Made by a program: the position numbers and the translations under genes
In this document: positions 59,926 to 64,000 of the stretch, piece by piece
Layout: each line of letters begins with the position of its first letter
How positions within the stretch are numbered: position 1 is the stretch's first letter
IMG/VR virus record: IMGVR_UViG_3300014205_000170
Coordinates: 96,001-160,000 of that record
DNA: 64,000 bases
Source: a virus
Taxonomy: Duplodnaviria; Caudoviricetes
Reading direction: 5' to 3' (one strand)
Notes under the pieces: model-generated
Database searches by the model: none
Told to the model about the DNA's origin: nothing
Seen by the model: the letters and a program-made list of their open reading frames with translations, nothing else

Positions 59926-60711
59926 ATGGAAAATAATATGTTCAGCATTTTAATGGCAGTTTTGCCCGTTCTATTGTACTCTTTATTGGTGTATTATATA
60001 GTTCCACAAGGTTTCTTATCTCAAAGAAGAGCCAGATTATATGCCGTAGCAGGCATGTTATCTCCAACATTGGTATTTGTCTTTAATTACATATTTCCAC
60101 ACTGGTCTACGCCAATTGCTTCACCAGACACAATAAACATTATTGGATGTCAAACATTCATCCAAATAGCTCTAGTGGAAGAAGTAGCTAAATTTTTAAC
60201 ATTTTGGTGGGTTTTCAATCAAAGAAGAAGTGCTCTTTATGACCTTCCTATCGCTACGATTTTTTATTGCATGCTATCATCTGCGGGATTTGCTCTTATT
60301 GAAAACATATCGTATTTGATGAATTTTGGAGACCAAGTTTTATTTATTAGAGCCGTTTCAGCTATTGTTACACATATGATATGTGGTGTAATTATGGGTT
60401 ATTTTATACAAATGGCTTTCTCAACTAAAAGAACTTTAATAGAAAAGTTTTCTGTTACCGAAAAATTCAAAATACAACTACATACATTGAAATTCATTGG
60501 TTTGGGTATTTTAGCATCAACTATATTTCATGGAATATATGATTTCAATTTATTTTTACCTTTTAATATATATGCAGAGACATTTACTAATATTATACTA
60601 TTTTTTGGTTTATTTATTTGTATGTTTATGATTATCGATGGAATTAGATTAAGCAAGGATTTAAGAAGTAAAGATTATAAAAAAGATTTAGAAAGAAATT
60701 ATATAGAATAA
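59926..60711 (+). CDS. prsW: PrsW-family intramembrane metalloprotease
   Basis: EEVAK, GFALIEN..Y, RA....TH....GVIMG, FHGIYD motifs; multiple TMs. Confidence 0.88.
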   Translation: MENNMFSILMAVLPVLLYSLLVYYIVPQGFLSQRRARLYAVAGMLSPTLVFVFNYIFPHWSTPIASPDTINIIGCQTFIQIALVEEVAKFLTFWWVFNQRRSALYDLPIATIFYCMLSSAGFALIENISYLMNFGDQVLFIRAVSAIVTHMICGVIMGYFIQMAFSTKRTLIEKFSVTEKFKIQLHTLKFIGLGILASTIFHGIYDFNLFLPFNIYAETFTNIILFFGLFICMFMIIDGIRLSKDLRSKDYKKDLERNYIE

Positions 60712-61335
60712 GCACTTAATGTCCTATGAGAACTATTGAAAGAAATTCAAAAAGAATTATAATAGAAGTCACTAAATCCGAAGTAACACAAAAGGGATTT
60801 GATTTATTGTGGGATGAAATACGCGAAATTTATCCGGATAATTTATATGATATTGATAGTGTAAGTAATGAAGATAACGAAAAAATTATCATTATCAAAT
60901 TAAAAATCAGAAAAAAACATTAAGGCAATACATAGAATTTTTGTGAATTATCTTCTGTTCCAAGCTTAACAATATCAAACTGAACATCTGGAAAAACAAT
61001 AAAATTTTTTTGCTCATAAACATGTAATTTCACATTTGGAAAATATTTTTTTGCAAATGAAATTTGCTTATCAATCATCTTTGTCTTTTCACTTAAAATT
61101 ATTTTCGATTTTTTGTTTAAAAATGACATAAAGTCTATTAAACAACGTGGCGATACTACAACATCACCAATTTTATCTTTCAGTATATAAGAAACAAAAT
61201 CTTTATTTATATCAACAAAACCAAAATCAGTAGGATATAAAACAGTTAATACACCTTTTACCACACTATCAGAAAGGTGATAGTGTATACCACCATGATA
61301 CTCTGCTGTAATAAATTTTTCGCGATGTAAATTCA

Positions 61336-62067
61336 TCACATTCTTTGAATATTAACTTCTTTAATACATTTTCCAGGCACTGTAACATAATCACAAAAAA
61401 TATCCTTTATTTCAAATGCCAACAATTTACCCCCAGGACCAGTAATTAAAAATCGAGTTCCGGAAGCCATATTATGAACCTCTTTAGGTAACTCAATATC
61501 TGTCTCTTCAAAATCAAGATTAATTTTCAATTCTATATGTTCATTATTAAAATTCTTTAAAGTTTCCAAACCGCTCTTATCTAATTTATCTTCTATGAGA
61601 GATGATTTTTCTTCAATAATTTTATCAAATTTTTGAACAAGGTCTTCAAAATATTTTTCTTTTTTCGAAATTAAATCTTCAATAGCTTGTAATTGTTTAT
61701 TTGCTATTTTTAATAATTCATCCTTTTGTATTTCAGATGTTTCTGCAAGAGAATTATTCGCAGTTTCAATTTCTTTTTTAATGTTATCTAACTGTCTTTC
61801 TTCTTCGGAAATTTCTTTTTTTGGATTTTTAATTATTCTGTCGTTATTAGAATAACTTTCAATTAACGTTCTTACGTAAGTGTCGCTTCCAGCTTTTGAG
61901 TCAAAATTTGGATGTGACCTAAAATTATATTTAAACAAAAATGTTTTTATCGCATCAAATTCTTGTCCATTATATTTTTCAACGATATTTGGAACTTCTA
62001 ATTTTTTTGTATGATTATATTTATCATACAAATCTTCTAGTAATGTTTGAAAATGTTCTTTATTCAT
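61336..62067 (-). CDS. hypothetical coiled-coil protein
   Basis: 243 aa ORF; TATTTAT at 62083-62089 upstream. Confidence 0.6.
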   Translation of the reverse strand: MNKEHFQTLLEDLYDKYNHTKKLEVPNIVEKYNGQEFDAIKTFLFKYNFRSHPNFDSKAGSDTYVRTLIESYSNNDRIIKNPKKEISEEERQLDNIKKEIETANNSLAETSEIQKDELLKIANKQLQAIEDLISKKEKYFEDLVQKFDKIIEEKSSLIEDKLDKSGLETLKNFNNEHIELKINLDFEETDIELPKEVHNMASGTRFLITGPGGKLLAFEIKDIFCDYVTVPGKCIKEVNIQRM

Positions 62068-62085
62068 GGTTTCTATTTTTTAATA

Positions 62086-62140
62086 AATACAAAAAGGGAA
62101 TAAATTCCCTTCTTGTATTAGATACAAAATTCTTTGTATC
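62086..62140 (-). terminator. two tandem hairpins downstream of ssb
   Basis: AATACAAAAAGGGAA/TTCCCTTCTTGTATT (62086-62119) and GATACAAA/TTTGTATC (62121-62140). Confidence 0.45.
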
Positions 62141-62165
62141 TGTTTGCCTCCCACCAGTAATATTT

Positions 62166-62636
62166 TTAAAATGGTAAATCTTCTGAATCATCATCAGATA
62201 CTGTCACAGCTGGTTTTACCGGTTGTTTTGTATTAGTTGATTGACTTGTGTTTGCAGCCTTAGTTGTGTTGGTTGAAGTTGTTCCTCCACCATTTTCACT
62301 TGATTTTTTAGAATCCAAGAATACAACACTACTTGCAACAACTTCAGTTGTATATTTTTTATTACCATCTTTGTCGTCCCAACTACGAGTTTGTAGTCTT
62401 CCTTCTACATAAACCTGAGAACCTTTTGTCAAATATTTTGACACGTTCTCACCTTGAGTACCCCAAACTGACACTTTGTGCCATTCTGTAGTTTCTTTCT
62501 TGTTTCCGTCTTTATCTTTGAAAGATTCAGATGTAGCAACAGAAATATTTGCTACTTTATTTCCTCCGTCAAGAGTTTTGAACTCTGGGTCAGCTCCAAG
62601 CCTCCCAATTAAAATTACTTTGTTTACACTGCTCAT
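62166..62636 (-). CDS. ssb: single-stranded DNA-binding protein (bacterial type)
   Basis: VNKVILIGRLGADPE, TEWH, KGSQVYVEGRLQTRSW, acidic tail DLPF. Confidence 0.97.
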   Translation of the reverse strand: MSSVNKVILIGRLGADPEFKTLDGGNKVANISVATSESFKDKDGNKKETTEWHKVSVWGTQGENVSKYLTKGSQVYVEGRLQTRSWDDKDGNKKYTTEVVASSVVFLDSKKSSENGGGTTSTNTTKAANTSQSTNTKQPVKPAVTVSDDDSEDLPF

Positions 62637-62661
62637 TTTATTTCTTTTTATATGTTGAATA

Positions 62662-62669
62662 CAAATATA
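62662..62669 (-). promoter_or_regulatory. Bacteroidota sigma-A -7 element TATATTTG
   Basis: Upstream of ssb on the - strand. Confidence 0.55.
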
Positions 62670-62689
62670 ACGAACAATTTTACAAAAAG

Positions 62690-62723
62690 AAAAAAAACCA
62701 TCGAAATTTTATTCGATGGTTTT
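62690..62723 (-). terminator. intrinsic terminator
   Basis: AAAACCATCGAA/TTCGATGGTTTT stem with an A-run giving a U-tract on the - strand, downstream of the PcfJ-like gene. Confidence 0.7.
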
Positions 62724-62745
62724 AAATTTTGGTTGATAATTTTTA

Positions 62746-64000
62746 TTATGAGTTAAAGAAATTTCCGAAAATTCCTTTTTTTCTTTTGTGTTGACCATTT
62801 TCAGTGAATTGTGGAACATACTCACGTCCTTCTGCTTTGGCTTTAGCTATTTCAGCTTCTTCTTTGGCAGCTCTCTTTTTTCTAAGTTCCATTACTTCTT
62901 CTGCTGATAAATAATCATGCATTCTCTTCTGGTTTCCACTGGCAGGAGAAAGGTCTGAATTACGATTTTGTGAGAACTTAATTTTGTGTTCTTCCAGATA
63001 TTCAACAACAGCAGCTATCATTTCTGATGTAGCTCTTGAGTTCTGATATCCTTTTAATTGGTCAAATTCTAAACCGGTTCCACTTCTCATTAAACCTAAA
63101 GTAGCTCTTTCGTTTGACAATAAATGTTGTACGTGTACTGCAACGTAGTTCTTGTTAACTACACGGTCAAGGTACGTGTATACACAATGACCCATAGTCA
63201 TACCTTCTTTATTTAAGTCTTCCAAAGTAGGAACAACAGTGAATTTTATGTCATCAATAGTCACATTAATATGTTCAATGTCTTTAATTGATTTCTTGTA
63301 AAATTCTGCTTTCTTCGCGTCTTTAATTGCTCCATAACGAGCAGCCAAATCATCATGAACCTCTTTTAGCTCTTTGTTACTTTTGATTTTGTAAATGTAA
63401 TTTGGTAGAAGTTCTAACAAATCCATTGTATTCAAAGTATCAGTATATAAATGTAAAAAATCCGAATTTTGACCTTTGGTTACATTATCAATGTTACGGT
63501 CAAAAATGTGCTTGATGTGTTTCAAAGTAATTCTACTTCTTTCATCAATACGTTGTTTATCCAAGTTACGATAAAACACATATAAACGACCTTGTTCGTA
63601 ATTCTGAAACAAAGTTTCCATATCTGTTTTAGTCACATACTTCTTTCTGTACATACTTAATAAAATATCCATATCAGCCGGTGATGTGATATTTTTATAA
63701 ATAAGTGGACTTACGCGTAAATAATTTGAATCTTCTTCGATGTCTTTTGCTTTAGTAGCATCCACAATTTTAGCTTTTTTAGCTATCTCATCTGTGACAC
63801 CTTTAAGAGCACCATTACTATCATAATTCATTGAAATTTCAAGAATTCTCAAAGGAGATGTAGCATCAAGTTTTTGGTAAATTGCCGAACTCAATAAGTT
63901 TTTGCTTTGTAAAAACTCCTTGAAGAACACTTGTCCTTTTGTTAGTAAAATAGTGGTGATACTTGGATAATCTGCAACACAAAGAAATACCCTTGATAAC
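62746..64000 (-). CDS. PcfJ-like domain protein (5' end outside the window)
   Basis: L.E.HD.L, L..EG..MGHCV.TY, RATL, Q.KG..N motifs; the frame appears to stay open to the window edge. Confidence 0.7.
   Translation of the reverse strand, partial: LSRVFLCVADYPSITTILLTKGQVFFKEFLQSKNLLSSAIYQKLDATSPLRILEISMNYDSNGALKGVTDEIAKKAKIVDATKAKDIEEDSNYLRVSPLIYKNITSPADMDILLSMYRKKYVTKTDMETLFQNYEQGRLYVFYRNLDKQRIDERSRITLKHIKHIFDRNIDNVTKGQNSDFLHLYTDTLNTMDLLELLPNYIYKIKSNKELKEVHDDLAARYGAIKDAKKAEFYKKSIKDIEHINVTIDDIKFTVVPTLEDLNKEGMTMGHCVYTYLDRVVNKNYVAVHVQHLLSNERATLGLMRSGTGLEFDQLKGYQNSRATSEMIAAVVEYLEEHKIKFSQNRNSDLSPASGNQKRMHDYLSAEEVMELRKKRAAKEEAEIAKAKAEGREYVPQFTENGQHKRKKGIFGNFFNS

Noticed and set aside
342-62658. 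Many short antisense or nested ORFs in the track (e.g. 342-539, 28720-29097, 44450-44752, 47542-47835, 52621-52869)
   Set aside because: They overlap better-supported genes on the other strand or frame and have shadow-ORF composition (S/F/L/I-rich).
1-64000. Stop-codon recoding (TAG or TGA read-through), as in some Bacteroidota jumbo phages
   Set aside because: Known enzymes are full-length in code 11, genes abut tightly, and TAG and TGA both end genes at plausible positions.
1-64000. tRNA genes, rRNA, CRISPR array, introns or inteins
   Set aside because: Intergenic gaps are short and I saw no cloverleaf, repeat-spacer pattern or interrupted enzyme. tRNAscan was not run.
1-64000. Interpretation as a bacterial chromosome segment because of topA, rnhA, ssb and synthetases
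   Set aside because: These genes are scattered among more than 100 short ORFans and phage-type families with no bacterial operon context, and two of the synthetases are truncated.

Overview
This is an AT-rich (roughly 27-28% GC by eye), densely packed 64 kb segment that looks like part of a jumbo/huge bacteriophage of a Bacteroidota host. The evidence is about 130 mostly short, abutting ORFs, TAnnTTTG promoters, and a Bacteroidota-type TopA and TonB-dependent receptor. Genes run on + up to about 49.9 kb and mostly on - after that. No capsid/tail genes, tRNA, rRNA or CRISPR array were recognised. Recognisable genes fall into four groups. Translation: a shortened ArgRS, a LeuRS lacking CP1, a non-discriminating-type AspRS, a Trbp111-like protein and Pth2. 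NAD/ADP-ribose: TonB receptor + PnuC + NadR, a PARG macrodomain, a Nudix hydrolase and an ART-like protein. DNA metabolism: TopA, RNase HI, SSB, RadA/Sms-like ATPase, DenV-like and HhH glycosylases, methyltransferases and an HNH nuclease. Other: HD/MazG hydrolases and a PrsW protease. The most striking unexplained signal is a 7-residue peptide motif, [R/K]-x-[VILTM]-[LIF]-[IVFMLT]-E-K (e.g. RKVLIEK), found in frame in about 30 unrelated small proteins, mostly at their N- or C-termini, like a shared targeting or docking tag. Three promoter classes can also be read from the DNA: host sigma-A TAnnTTTG, an ECF-type G[TAC]AAC-N16-CGTTTAA (10 copies) and a TATTTAT class. Many sit only 4-6 nt from the start codon, suggesting leaderless mRNAs. 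All family assignments are by visual motif recognition; no searches were run.
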